A stretch of DNA of 64,000 nt, from IMG/VR virus record IMGVR_UViG_3300037721_000031, positions 1 through 64,000 of that record; one strand, 5' to 3'. Positions 1 through 9,901 of this stretch are shown piece after piece (position 1 is the first letter of the stretch; each line of letters starts with the position of its first letter). Origin of the DNA: a virus (Duplodnaviria > Caudoviricetes). The position numbers and the translations under genes were made by a program. Under the pieces are notes generated by a model, which did no database searches, was not told where the DNA came from, and was given only the letters and a program-made list of their open reading frames with translations.

Positions 1-2
1 CT

Positions 3-74
3 TTGCATGTTTTACTAGAAGCATTTAAAGAAGAGATTCATGAGGATCAGGAAGTTAATAGTAAAGCGTATTAA
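3..74 (+). CDS. 3' end of a gene running in from the left edge (partial)
   Basis: Open frame LHVLLEAFKEEIHEDQEVNSKAY* ends at TAA 72-74, followed by an A tract and a hairpin. Confidence 0.5.
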   Translation: MHVLLEAFKEEIHEDQEVNSKAY

Positions 75-110
75 TCTAATTATTCAGTAAGTATAAAAAA
101 AAAAAATAAA

Positions 111-157
111 GCATAATAGAGTACAGGAGCCTGGGCTCCTGTACTCTATTTATGTCG
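111..157. terminator. GCATA...TATGYC palindromic element
   Basis: GCAT-AATAGAGTACAGGAGC-ctgg-GCTCCTGTACTCTATT-TATGTCG; A12 tract upstream. Confidence 0.8.
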
Positions 158-164
158 TCGTAAA

Positions 165-941
165 TCAAGGTGTGGTTACTGCTCTCTCAAAATCCCATTT
201 ATCTCTAATGAGTCTTCTATAGAGTTTATGATAATCCACGTTATATTCTTCAGACCATTCTGAAATTGTTTTAGTAATTCCATTAAATACATATGTTCTG
301 GCTATTTGGACTTTAATCGAAGTATTAATTGCATCCTCCACAGACCATCCCGACTCTTGTAGTCTAGATACTAATGTATTATGGCATACGCGATTGATTA
401 AAGCTTCTGGTAGTTTAATCAATTCAGCTATTTGATACTTTCTACCATTATACTCATAAAACACGTTGTTTCTTTTATTATTCTGTTGCTCCACACGAGT
501 AGACCATTTACAATTGTTCTTTTCATAATTACCATCATTCTCTCTACGATCGATAGAATGATCTGGGCTGGGTCTTGGTCCCATATCTTCGTAGAATGCT
601 TCGAATGAATTCAACCATCTGTCACAAACAGTAATACCTCTACCACCGTAGTCGTGATATCTTGGACAATTTGAATTAATACATCTTTGAATTATTAGAG
701 ACCATATACGGTACTCCGGACTACTACTCATTCCGTGAGTGGTGACTGTTTCTTTCCAGAGACACCCGCAACTACCAGTATGAATATTGATAAGATTACT
801 AGTCGTCACTACAGTCTTATTTCCACAGTCACAAACACAGTTCCATCTAGCACTACCATTTCTTAGCCCTATTGCATTTTTACTTATTACAGTCAGCCTA
901 CCAAATTTCTGTCCTGTAAGATTTATTTTTGTTTTCACCAT
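165..941 (-). CDS. Free-standing HNH homing endonuclease
   Basis: G.KFGRLTV, WNCVCDCG and SCGC N-terminal motifs; YGGRGITVCDRW; HSIDRRENDGNYEKNNCKW..EQQNNK HNH core; two C-terminal HTH-like modules. Confidence 0.9.
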   Translation of the reverse strand: MVKTKINLTGQKFGRLTVISKNAIGLRNGSARWNCVCDCGNKTVVTTSNLINIHTGSCGCLWKETVTTHGMSSSPEYRIWSLIIQRCINSNCPRYHDYGGRGITVCDRWLNSFEAFYEDMGPRPSPDHSIDRRENDGNYEKNNCKWSTRVEQQNNKRNNVFYEYNGRKYQIAELIKLPEALINRVCHNTLVSRLQESGWSVEDAINTSIKVQIARTYVFNGITKTISEWSEEYNVDYHKLYRRLIRDKWDFERAVTTP

Positions 942-1000
942 TTTCTCAAACCTATAAAATTAATTAGTATTCTTGATCATCATTGTTTTCTGATCAGTAT

Positions 1001-1019
1001 TGTAATATAGGTTTGAAAA
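1001..1019 (-). promoter_or_regulatory. Early (virion RNAP-type) promoter motif upstream of HNH
   Basis: Minus strand TTTCA-AACC-TATATTACA; TATTAC is the phiKZ early-promoter core. Confidence 0.7.
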
Positions 1020-1032
1020 GATATTAACTACT

Positions 1033-1087
1033 GCATACAGCCGGATCCACTATGGATCCGGCTGTATATGTTGTATTTTTTTTTTTA
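1033..1087. terminator. GCATA...TATG palindromic element
   Basis: 15-bp stem 1035-49/1053-67; T tract 1076-87. Confidence 0.8.
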
Positions 1088-1089
1088 AG

Positions 1090-1974
1090 TTAAACTACAA
1101 TTCTGTATTTTTCGTAAGCGGCTGCAAGTTTTTTATCATAGTCTCGCTGGTTTGGTCCGTTATATGCGAGAGCAAAAGCCAACCAATCTTTAGAACGAAG
1201 AGCAGGCAACAGTCTTGGATCAGCCTTACCTTTAATAAATTCCACAAAACCTAAAAGTTGATTGCGTTCAGATACGTCAAAGCTAGCCACCATGTCGTTT
1301 ACAGTTGAAAAACCCATGTTAACATGATGGTAACCCATGATCTGGGCCAGACCCCATGAACAAGACTTTCTAGCACATTCTCTATTCAGAATAGCTGCCT
1401 TATCTAATCTATTATACTCACTAAATCCGCCAATATATCCACCCGGTGTACTGTTATAGATATCAGGTTGAGTATTTGTGAGATGCTCCTGTACGGTAAG
1501 GATAGGGTCACGTGTACCCTGAGGCTTGATACTGAGTACAGCCATTATCTTCTTGACGAGTTCAGGATCTGCAGCCATTGCCTTATTCAGCTCCTTACGG
1601 AACTGATGGCGTTCAAATAAAATGATAGACCGTCCATCATCTAAGAAACCAGCACCTTTACTCTCAACTTCACGGACAGCCTTGATAGCAGCCACTTCAA
1701 CATTCAGCTTTGTTGCTGAGTCGATGAAGTCTTGTTCTTCCAGAAATCTCCTGTCGATATAAGCACCAAGTGTGGCTGCAGTACCATCACCGAACACACC
1801 AGTCTTAGGAAAGCCAAACCTAGCCTGCCATTCGATTAAACGCTGTTCCGTACTTACACCAAAATCACCATCTGTCTTCAAGTTAATCTTAAGAATTTCA
1901 TTGAGAGCACGTTGTATAAGTACAACGTAAGGTCCCGTGCTACCCTTTTTTAAAACCTGCGTAGGGATTGTCAT
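1090..1974 (-). CDS. Modular endolysin: peptidoglycan-binding domain + N-acetylmuramidase (DUF3380-like)
   Basis: LKKGSTGPYVVLIQRAL..DGDFG PG-binding repeat; AIKAVREVES, ILFERH, SWGLAQIMG and FALAYNGP muramidase motifs. Confidence 0.88.
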   Translation of the reverse strand: MTIPTQVLKKGSTGPYVVLIQRALNEILKINLKTDGDFGVSTEQRLIEWQARFGFPKTGVFGDGTAATLGAYIDRRFLEEQDFIDSATKLNVEVAAIKAVREVESKGAGFLDDGRSIILFERHQFRKELNKAMAADPELVKKIMAVLSIKPQGTRDPILTVQEHLTNTQPDIYNSTPGGYIGGFSEYNRLDKAAILNRECARKSCSWGLAQIMGYHHVNMGFSTVNDMVASFDVSERNQLLGFVEFIKGKADPRLLPALRSKDWLAFALAYNGPNQRDYDKKLAAAYEKYRIVV

Positions 1975-2029
1975 TTTCTAAGCTCCTAATTAATAAGGTA
2001 CATTTATAAAATTTATGCATGTAATTACA

Positions 2030-2065
2030 CGGCATAAAAAAGAAGATCAGGTTTCCCTGACCTTC
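2030..2065 (-). terminator. Intrinsic terminator whose U tract runs into TATGCCG
   Basis: Minus strand GAAGGTCAGG-GAAA-CCTGATCTTC-TTTTTTATGCCG. Confidence 0.75.
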
Positions 2066-2303
2066 CATATCCCTGCTTATCTTTTTTATAGAGATCGTTT
2101 AGATCTAGTTATTGAAAACATTTTAAATCAATGGAGCAGTTACTAGATCTAAATGGGGTAGCCCAACTGCATTGACTGTACTAACGGGTAACTGTCATAA
2201 CTGACAATAGTTACTCATGTATAGCTAAGTTATTACTTGCTTTTAATTAATGAGTATTTGTATACCTTCGTCTTTGTACATAGAATATACATAACAGAGT
2301 AAA

Positions 2304-2717
2304 TTAATTCTTTTTATTTCTATTTTCATTTAAACCCTGTAATGCCTGGCGAGCAGCTTCATTTAAAGGAGCTTCTTTTCTAATTCTGTCTTCCGCAATC
2401 TCAAGCTGCATTGTTATCACATACGTTGGTTGCTCTATAAATTCATAAAAAGACAGACCAAAGTATTTCTGGATATCTCTATCAACATATTGCGACATTC
2501 GCTCATACAGTGCGCCACCAGTTACAGTATCTTCATTCCAGTTCATCATAATTAATGAGAATGGATGATCCCCAGCTTTTTCGTTATGATTATATATTTG
2601 GAATGAAGTCTCGTATCTGTCTCTTAGGACCATTTGCGCGTCTGTTGATACCAGTCTCGGAGAACTGGTGATAAGGTCTCCAATAGAGTCTTCTATGTTA
2701 ACCTTATCACCGAACAT
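2304..2717 (-). CDS. Putative virion/baseplate-hub-associated protein
   Basis: Clean ORF following the 500-aa gene; FGLSFYEFIEQP motif resembles myovirus hub-assembly proteins (from recall). Confidence 0.45.
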   Translation of the reverse strand: MFGDKVNIEDSIGDLITSSPRLVSTDAQMVLRDRYETSFQIYNHNEKAGDHPFSLIMMNWNEDTVTGGALYERMSQYVDRDIQKYFGLSFYEFIEQPTYVITMQLEIAEDRIRKEAPLNEAARQALQGLNENRNKKN

Positions 2718-2743
2718 TGGACTACAGACGTGCTCTTGACCAG

Positions 2744-4246
2744 TTACCTGGTCAGTATCTGGCCGGCTCGCTGCATGAGCAGGGTAAAAAACACGGAAAT
2801 TACATCAAGAGGAATCAGGTTAGGAAACTTATTTAATCCTGTTCCTTTGCCCGATACTTCAGGGATAGCGATGATGGCCGTAGTGACATCGTCGATATAC
2901 TTACCAACTTCTACGTGAAACTTCTTACGGGTTTCAGTACTTTCACTCATAGTTTCAAGAATAGAGTCGATGGTTCCTCGATCTGTCTGAGGAGATTCAT
3001 CCACCACTACACTTTCAACCCAATGCCCGTACTGTCGCATTACTGTAGCGTTTGCATGTTCGGCAATGGCTACATTACGTCGCTCAGCATCATCCTTATC
3101 ACTGGTAAATACTTCTTCAACAATACTAGTCAATGCAGTAATCCACTGATTACCGGAACGAATGTAATCTTCAGCACTTGGGACATGCAACATGATCTTC
3201 AGGTTATCACCGAGATCAATTGTCCGACCCTTATACAGAGGAAAGTCATTCTTGTAACGGTCAATCATATCGTCAGTAATAGAAGATACCGTACGATTAG
3301 ACATGTGTGCTTTTTGAGCTTTCGTGAAAGCTGTATTATCTACCCACATCAACTTACCAACATTGATCTTACCGCCAACCAGTTGCTTTTCAGCAATACC
3401 TTCAGCTGTTGAAAGAGCACGTACGTAATGAAAACCCTTTGGCCAAATAGAACACGCCAGACCCCAGAACAGTATCGGTAGATCAGGGGTAACAATCTTC
3501 TTACGAAGGTCAGTGGAGTTCTTCAGGGTTGTCTCGTAAACATGATCGATAATGAAGTCAACAAGCCATTGAGTGGTGTACGAACTAACATTAGAGAAAA
3601 TAAGACCATGAGTCTCTCGACCTAAAGCAATCTTAGTCTCCATAATCTTTCGGCGTAACTCGATCAATGCTGAATCACTAGGCGTCTTAATAGTGATATG
3701 AAATCCAGAATGCCAAAGCGGAATCGTCATCAATCCACCAAGACCCAGCAGTGCACGCACTCGTAGCTGTGCTTTCTCACCACTAACCTTAGCAACGCTA
3801 TTATCAGCGAAACGAGGTTGTGCAAATGCAATTGGACCCTTCTCAGTCACTAGTGCTTGTCGAAACTCGGCCCCTTCACGCTCAAGAGTTGCCTCAAATT
3901 GAGCGTGTGACTGTACAGTACTGAAACCGTTATCGAAAGTATCACTCCATCGACGAGCAGCGGGTGTATCCTTTCTGTCAGCATCAGCGTTATTTTCCAA
4001 ACGCTCTACAATGGACTTGCGAGTATGTGACAGCACGGGAATAATTTCATCACCTGCCTTGATTTGATCAAGATTATCGTACTCGTCAAATGCTGGGTAA
4101 TCTTGGTGTACGTTCTTATTTTCACTAGGTACTTCAGGCTTATAAGCGGCAGGAGTCTGATCAGTCAAATCTTCATTAATCGGAAAAGCGTCGGGTTCCT
4201 TATTAGGCTCCTTGCTCTCATCACTAGGTAACTGTTTTTCAGACAT
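2744..4246 (-). CDS. Putative virion structural (baseplate hub-like) protein of phiKZ-like phages
   Basis: 500-aa ORF with acidic disordered N-terminus; IPLWHSGF.ITIK.P motif recalled from phiKZ-like virion proteins. Confidence 0.5.
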   Translation of the reverse strand: MSEKQLPSDESKEPNKEPDAFPINEDLTDQTPAAYKPEVPSENKNVHQDYPAFDEYDNLDQIKAGDEIIPVLSHTRKSIVERLENNADADRKDTPAARRWSDTFDNGFSTVQSHAQFEATLEREGAEFRQALVTEKGPIAFAQPRFADNSVAKVSGEKAQLRVRALLGLGGLMTIPLWHSGFHITIKTPSDSALIELRRKIMETKIALGRETHGLIFSNVSSYTTQWLVDFIIDHVYETTLKNSTDLRKKIVTPDLPILFWGLACSIWPKGFHYVRALSTAEGIAEKQLVGGKINVGKLMWVDNTAFTKAQKAHMSNRTVSSITDDMIDRYKNDFPLYKGRTIDLGDNLKIMLHVPSAEDYIRSGNQWITALTSIVEEVFTSDKDDAERRNVAIAEHANATVMRQYGHWVESVVVDESPQTDRGTIDSILETMSESTETRKKFHVEVGKYIDDVTTAIIAIPEVSGKGTGLNKFPNLIPLDVISVFFTLLMQRAGQILTR

Positions 4247-4262
4247 TTATATCTCTCAGTAA

Positions 4263-4784
4263 TTAGGGTTCAATCGACGTATCCGGCCTTGTTTCCTCAG
4301 AAACAATTACGGCATCGGTGATAATATCTGGATTGATGTTATCGGGGATCTTTTTAGATTCAGTAACGATGCGTTCAGCTTCATGAAGCTGATCCAGTAA
4401 ATGTAGAACATTAGGCATCACTACATTTGAATGCCGCTCCATAAACATGTAGTACTTCTCATAAATAGAAATACCGAGCATGTGTTCGTCAGGAGTTGTT
4501 GCACCACCTGTCTTGTCTTTATGAAGAGCGCTTAAACCATTAAGCTCTTCAGTCAAACTAGTCAGATCCTTCGACAGTACAACGATATTCTTTTCAAACA
4601 GAGAAATATCCTTGATAGCGCCCCTAAGCTCTTCGTTTTGAATCAATGCCTGCAAACTCAAATGAGAACTAAGCAGTGAATAGCAATGTTGATTAATACC
4701 TCTGACATCGTCCCATACACAGGTGTTTTGCAGACTCTTCTCGGCGTTATCCCGAGCTACTCGCGATTGACTCTTCTTAGTCAT
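4263..4784 (-). CDS. Hypothetical protein (helical)
   Basis: 173-aa ATG ORF co-oriented with neighbours. Confidence 0.7.
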   Translation of the reverse strand: MTKKSQSRVARDNAEKSLQNTCVWDDVRGINQHCYSLLSSHLSLQALIQNEELRGAIKDISLFEKNIVVLSKDLTSLTEELNGLSALHKDKTGGATTPDEHMLGISIYEKYYMFMERHSNVVMPNVLHLLDQLHEAERIVTESKKIPDNINPDIITDAVIVSEETRPDTSIEP

Positions 4785-4990
4785 AATGAATTCCAGAATT
4801 GTTAATAATTTAAGGGTGTATAGCTTATTCTATTTTTTAATAGAAATGGATATGTACTGTCAGGACTCTGACAATGAAACATAATAGTATATCCCTTGCC
4901 ACATTATGACGTTATCAATGTAATTTTTCCAGATAACTCAGTAATTATTTGATACAACAGAATCTACTGTATTCTAATAAAAGGCACTTT

Positions 4991-5851
4991 ATGTTAGATA
5001 TTCTTGAAATGCATCTAAAGTCAGCTACTAGTCCAGAGTTGTCAGACGCAATTACAGAAGCTTGCGACTTGTTTGAAACATATGAGCTTCCAGGTTATCA
5101 AGATGCGTATACTGATTTACTACTAACAGCTGATAACCTTGACATCGGTGACTTAAATACTAATCTAACTAATCTCACATTAGAGATGCAGTCATTAGTT
5201 TTGGAACAGATGTTAATACATGTTAATGAGGACGCTACAATCCAACAATGTAATTTATTGTTAAGAGGATTGCGACTTATCGAGACTACTGAATTTAATG
5301 AAGACATAATTGCATTATGTTCAGAGACTGATGTCGATAATGCTTTGTGTGAAATCATAGCTACTGTTACGGGTGAATCAGTTGAAAATCTTTATCAGCT
5401 TATAAACAATACTGATCAGTGTGTACTTGATAGAATCAAAATGGTTTGTCAGCAGAGTAATAGCGGTGATACAATTAGTCCTATTGACACTAATCATGTT
5501 CGTCAAATCGTGGAACGTTTGATTAGATATAAAAACTCTATTGATAATAGGCCTCTATTTGTATACGATTCTATCTTAGATGGCCAACCAATAGAGCTTC
5601 CATTTGAAGTATATTACGACGACATGTGGAATAACATTGCGGCTCTTAATCCTCAAGAGAAGGCTATTGAGCTTTATGCAGCGGTACTAGTTAGCTCTGA
5701 TGCTATCAGTGATCCCAAGCCGTTCATTACAAAGATGCTTAATAGGACGTATACTTCTATTGACGAAGTAACTCCGATCATTACTGCTCTAGACAAGATC
5801 ATTCTTAAGTTTAACGCCGAAGATACTCCCGGCATCCATCGAAAGTCATAA
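4991..5851 (+). CDS. Hypothetical acidic protein (probable start ATG 4991)
   Basis: Long ORF; its stop overlaps the start of the RNAP subunit gene (TAATG). Confidence 0.7.
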   Translation: MLDILEMHLKSATSPELSDAITEACDLFETYELPGYQDAYTDLLLTADNLDIGDLNTNLTNLTLEMQSLVLEQMLIHVNEDATIQQCNLLLRGLRLIETTEFNEDIIALCSETDVDNALCEIIATVTGESVENLYQLINNTDQCVLDRIKMVCQQSNSGDTISPIDTNHVRQIVERLIRYKNSIDNRPLFVYDSILDGQPIELPFEVYYDDMWNNIAALNPQEKAIELYAAVLVSSDAISDPKPFITKMLNRTYTSIDEVTPIITALDKIILKFNAEDTPGIHRKS

Positions 5852-7194
5852 TGAAAAAGCTTGACTTCTTCTTAAGCGCTATGTTAGCGCACGAATATAA
5901 ACGTACTGCCTGGGTAATATCTGCTTTCAGCGTAATTTCTGAAGAACCAGAAGACTGGAAAAAAGATCCGTACCCTTACAGAATTGTACAGACTGTCGCT
6001 GGTTATTTTTTCGTTGATCCAAGCAATCCGTTGGAGCTTGTAACTATTGAGGATGCAGTAGTAGGTAAACCTCTTTTTTATGCTCGTGAGAAAATAGCTT
6101 TATCAGCTGGAGATGTTGAGAATCTTACTCAAGATGTGATCACTACCTACGGTAATGTTCTATTTAACTACATTGTTGTAATTTATCCTTTCGGAAAAAA
6201 GATTCCATTTCAGACAGGTAGAATTACTCCTGGAAAAATGGAATCTTTAATCATCGACAGGCTTCGAGATAATCCAAAGGTAGGCGAAGATACACCTACT
6301 GATAATAACGAAACAGCTCCTATATACGTTAGTGAATATCTGAAATTCTCTGACGCTATGTTTTGTTTGTCTGCATATACTCAGCTATGGGTGCCATCAT
6401 ATACCGAGAAAGCTATCACTGCACCTCCAGGCATTAAAGAGTTACGTACTCGATTGCTTGCGGAAAACAAGGACAGACTTCACGATCCTGCAGTAATTGC
6501 TAAGATTGACTCTCAACTAGTGCAGTATCTCAAAGACTGGATGAAGGATGATCCAGGTATGGGATTCTTAATTAAAGATAAGTCATTTTCTAACGTACGT
6601 AAGAAACTATATCTGATGATTGGTGCTGAGTACGGTATGGATGACGCTAGGCCCGAAGTGGAATTAGTAGAGACATCTCTATCTGAAGGCTGGAATCCTG
6701 AGCAGTTTGCAGCGCTAAATACTTCTTCTCGTTCTGGGTCTTTCTCAAGAAGTTCCATGACTGAACTTGGTGGTGAAGCTACTAAATGGTTAATGAGAGC
6801 GTCTTCCAATATTACAATTACAATGGATGACTGTAAGTCTACTCTGGGGATAGAGGTATTAGTCAATAAGGGTGAAGAATCCAAACTCATTGGTTTTACG
6901 GCAGTAAGGGCTGTACAGAACACCATGGGTGAATCAATGCAACAAAAGATCACTGCTGATAATGTCGGTAGTTATCTCGGTCACAAAGTGTACGTTCGTT
7001 CACCTATGTACTGTCTTGCTCCTAAGACAGACTTTTGTAAGGTATGCGTTGGAGATAGACTGGCAATTAGTCCGACTGGTCTTTCAACAGCTATTTCAGA
7101 ATATGGTTCAGTGTTCTTGACCACCATGATGAAAGCAATGCACTCTACTGCTTTGGTTCTCAAGCGTATGGAGAAAGATAGTATTTTCTTTTAA
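5851..7194 (+). CDS. Virion RNA polymerase beta'-like subunit, C-terminal part (phiKZ gp80-like)
   Basis: Bridge-helix-like TELGGEATKWLMRA, DDCKS, RSPMYC..FCKVCVG zinc site, trigger-loop-like TTMMKAMH. Confidence 0.85.
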   Translation: MKKLDFFLSAMLAHEYKRTAWVISAFSVISEEPEDWKKDPYPYRIVQTVAGYFFVDPSNPLELVTIEDAVVGKPLFYAREKIALSAGDVENLTQDVITTYGNVLFNYIVVIYPFGKKIPFQTGRITPGKMESLIIDRLRDNPKVGEDTPTDNNETAPIYVSEYLKFSDAMFCLSAYTQLWVPSYTEKAITAPPGIKELRTRLLAENKDRLHDPAVIAKIDSQLVQYLKDWMKDDPGMGFLIKDKSFSNVRKKLYLMIGAEYGMDDARPEVELVETSLSEGWNPEQFAALNTSSRSGSFSRSSMTELGGEATKWLMRASSNITITMDDCKSTLGIEVLVNKGEESKLIGFTAVRAVQNTMGESMQQKITADNVGSYLGHKVYVRSPMYCLAPKTDFCKVCVGDRLAISPTGLSTAISEYGSVFLTTMMKAMHSTALVLKRMEKDSIFF

Positions 7195-7366
7195 CTAATT
7201 AGAAATATACTGCTCTGGTCCGTATACCTGATTAACTTAGTTTTAACCTACTCAGTATTCGCGTTCTGTTTCTGAGTAGATATTTTTTCCCACTAAACTA
7301 ATTATTATTTGTATATGCGACCCATATCGCCAGACTACGATAAATCCATCACCTCAACAAACAGGA

Positions 7367-8083
7367 ATGACAATTATGTCTACTCAAATCCAATCGCCTA
7401 CCTCCTCAGATCAAGACAGTCAGTCGAGTCCGGATCAATCCGTGCCAGCGCCGAGTCCACTGGACTTCATCGGTACAAGCTCTCCAGAATCCTCGGTGGA
7501 ACAGGTCACTGTAGCTCCTGTAAGTGCTCCGAGTGCACCAGTATTGACGACTAGTACTAAGACTACTCCAGTTGTTAAAAAGAGCGCTGCAGCCGTTGTA
7601 GTTGACTGGCCTGAAGTAACCGGTATCCCTGATGCAGATCGTGCATTGAAGAATGTTCCTCTTGCACATCAAGTTAGTATCCAGCGCATTATGGAATACG
7701 CTGTAAAGATGAATCCTACTAAGCCCATTGAAAATACTGATGGTGCTAAGATGCAAGGTTCTCTTTTCAAGATTATCCAGAATGTGATCAATCGTGAAGA
7801 GACGTACTTTAGGCAAATCTTTACAGCTATTCTTGCAATCTTTACACATGACAAGAGTGGTGCATTTAAGGAAGCGAACGTGTATCGTTTTATGGATAAT
7901 ATCGCTATTAACGATATTGAACGTAAGGCTTTTGTTCGTCTTCTGAATATGATCAGGTTACTTGGTCCTAAGGAAAGCCGCGCTACCGCACTCAAGCAAA
8001 TTGACATGACTCAGACTCTGCAATTTGGTTTAACTGATGCTGGTAGACAACGAGTGTTTAGCTTCTTTAATATCAATAAGTAA
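7367..8083 (+). CDS. Hypothetical protein with S/P/Q-rich disordered N-terminus
   Basis: 238-aa ORF preceded by a purine-rich RBS-like tract. Confidence 0.7.
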   Translation: MTIMSTQIQSPTSSDQDSQSSPDQSVPAPSPLDFIGTSSPESSVEQVTVAPVSAPSAPVLTTSTKTTPVVKKSAAAVVVDWPEVTGIPDADRALKNVPLAHQVSIQRIMEYAVKMNPTKPIENTDGAKMQGSLFKIIQNVINREETYFRQIFTAILAIFTHDKSGAFKEANVYRFMDNIAINDIERKAFVRLLNMIRLLGPKESRATALKQIDMTQTLQFGLTDAGRQRVFSFFNINK

Positions 8084-8099
8084 CTACTGGACAAAAAAA

Positions 8100-8155
8100 G
8101 ATAGCATATTGAGACAGAGTCCCGTTCAGGACTCTGTCTTATTTATGCCGCTATC
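8100..8155. terminator. GCATA...TATGCC palindromic element (convergent junction)
   Basis: 12-bp stem 8111-22/8129-40; GCATA 8104; TATGCCG 8144. Confidence 0.8.
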
Positions 8156-8162
8156 GAAACCA

Positions 8163-9005
8163 TTACCTCAGATGTAGTGTTTGAAAGTAAACAGAAAGCA
8201 TCTGTGTGAAGATTTTCACTGACCCACTAGGAACAGATAAAAGACTGATCCACTGCCCATTGTTCAAAATAAGAAGCTCTCGATGTTCTGAATTAAAAAG
8301 CCAGAGATAGCTAAGATTTCCAAAACGCAAGAATAGCTGATTGGGCTTTCCATCTTGTCTGACATCGTAGAAGCCTTCAGGATAATCAGTCAAATCATTC
8401 ACAGGTACTTCTGTAACGTCTTCAAGAAACGCTGGAAAACGGTCGCTTGGCTTAACTGTCCCTTTTCCTAGAGGATTCATTTCAGGAGACAGGTTTTGAA
8501 ACAACAGTCCATTCTCACCGATCAACTCAGACAGCTGACCTTTATAAATGGTTTCTTGTACAGAAGTAATTCGATCACCTGGCTGCTGAACGTGATGTGG
8601 TTGTTCTGAGTCTGACTCAATAATTTTCCCCATAGTAGTAATGGCATTACCAATACTACTGAGAATAGCATCCTTACCATTATTGATGGCCGCTGCAGCA
8701 GCTTTCATTTTAGTAGTGTTTTCAACATTACTATCTACTTCATCGGTTAAGTCACTATTTGAAGAAGCTTGCCTAGCAGCTTCAGAGTAAACAGAAGTTA
8801 AGCTAACAATGTCACACATTACTTTATTCAAGCTAGAGAATACTTCGAGCTCATTGGTTGATGAGAGATCGTCATGAGTATCCTTAAGCTCCTTTAAAAG
8901 TAAGTAATCTTCCCGTACTTTAATTTCTGCTTTAGTGAGAGATAGATTCATTCTATTCAACATAGCCAGTACAGTTTCTAGCATTTGAATCTGAGTCATT
9001 TTCAT
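8163..9005 (-). CDS. Hypothetical protein
   Basis: 280-aa ORF with coiled-coil-like N-terminal half. Confidence 0.7.
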   Translation of the reverse strand: MKMTQIQMLETVLAMLNRMNLSLTKAEIKVREDYLLLKELKDTHDDLSSTNELEVFSSLNKVMCDIVSLTSVYSEAARQASSNSDLTDEVDSNVENTTKMKAAAAAINNGKDAILSSIGNAITTMGKIIESDSEQPHHVQQPGDRITSVQETIYKGQLSELIGENGLLFQNLSPEMNPLGKGTVKPSDRFPAFLEDVTEVPVNDLTDYPEGFYDVRQDGKPNQLFLRFGNLSYLWLFNSEHRELLILNNGQWISLLSVPSGSVKIFTQMLSVYFQTLHLR

Positions 9006-9073
9006 TATGTTACCTTTTTAAGTTACAATGCATTTAGTGCATTCAATACACTTACTGAATAAAAAAAAATACA

Positions 9074-9109
9074 GCATAATAGGCAGAGCAATTTAGCTCT
9101 GCCTATTAT
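9074..9109 (-). terminator. GCATA-flanked hairpin
   Basis: 14-bp stem 9076-89/9096-109; A tract upstream. Confidence 0.75.
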
Positions 9110-9157
9110 TAACCTAAAGTATGCGGGTATGAAAATGAATCATAGCCAAGTGGCGTA

Positions 9158-9814
9158 TTAAAGTGTACACCGCTTAGCTATTGGCTCTTCTATAGCCTCT
9201 TGAACAGAATAACCATATTGACGAATTCTAGAGTTAAATGTATGTTTATTTATGCCATTATCTAAGGCTTGTGGTAATTGAAGTAATTCTTTAGCCGAAT
9301 ACTTCTTCCCCCTGTATTCGTAAAACACATTATTTCTTTTATTATTAGCCTGTTCAGCCTTAGTGGCCCAGTAACAGTTACCTGGTTCGTAACCTTTATC
9401 GTTTTCTTTACGCTCTATGGAGTGTTCTGGGCTGGGCCTGGTACCCATATCAGAATAAAAATTCTCAAATGAGTTTAACCATCGATCACAGACTGTAATG
9501 TTTCTACCACCATATCTCTCATAGTTTATTACATTCGGATTACTACAACGGCTGAGCATGGCTCTCCAAATATCGTGTTCCGGGGAGCCCGTCATACCGT
9601 GAGTTGACATCCTTTCTGACAGTAATTTCGATCTAACACATCCGCAGCTAGTAGAATTACCGGTAGTTAAGTTACCACTGGCTATAGTGGTCTTGTTACC
9701 GCAGTCACAAATACAATTCCATCTAGTCCCGCCAGATAAAGACTTAACAGAGTTATGACTTTCAACAATTAATTTACCAAATCTTTGGCCTATTAAACTT
9801 ATTCTATACCCCAT
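9158..9814 (-). CDS. Free-standing HNH homing endonuclease (probable start ATG 9814)
   Basis: GQRFGKLIV, WNCICDCG, SCGC, YGGRNITVCDRW, HSIERKENDKGYEPGNCYW..EQANNK; the longer track start overlaps a perfect palindrome. Confidence 0.9.
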   Translation of the reverse strand: MGYRISLIGQRFGKLIVESHNSVKSLSGGTRWNCICDCGNKTTIASGNLTTGNSTSCGCVRSKLLSERMSTHGMTGSPEHDIWRAMLSRCSNPNVINYERYGGRNITVCDRWLNSFENFYSDMGTRPSPEHSIERKENDKGYEPGNCYWATKAEQANNKRNNVFYEYRGKKYSAKELLQLPQALDNGINKHTFNSRIRQYGYSVQEAIEEPIAKRCTL

Positions 9815-9842
9815 ATTTTCTCTTGTATTCAATAAAATGATA

Positions 9843-9882
9843 ACATAGAGTGCTGTTTGGTTTAAACCAAACAGCACTCTAT
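9843..9882. repeat. Perfect 38-nt loopless palindrome
   Basis: ATAGAGTGCTGTTTGGTTT-AAACCAAACAGCACTCTAT, 9845-9882. Confidence 0.9.
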
Positions 9883-9901
9883 AAGAACATATCTTAAACT
9901 A

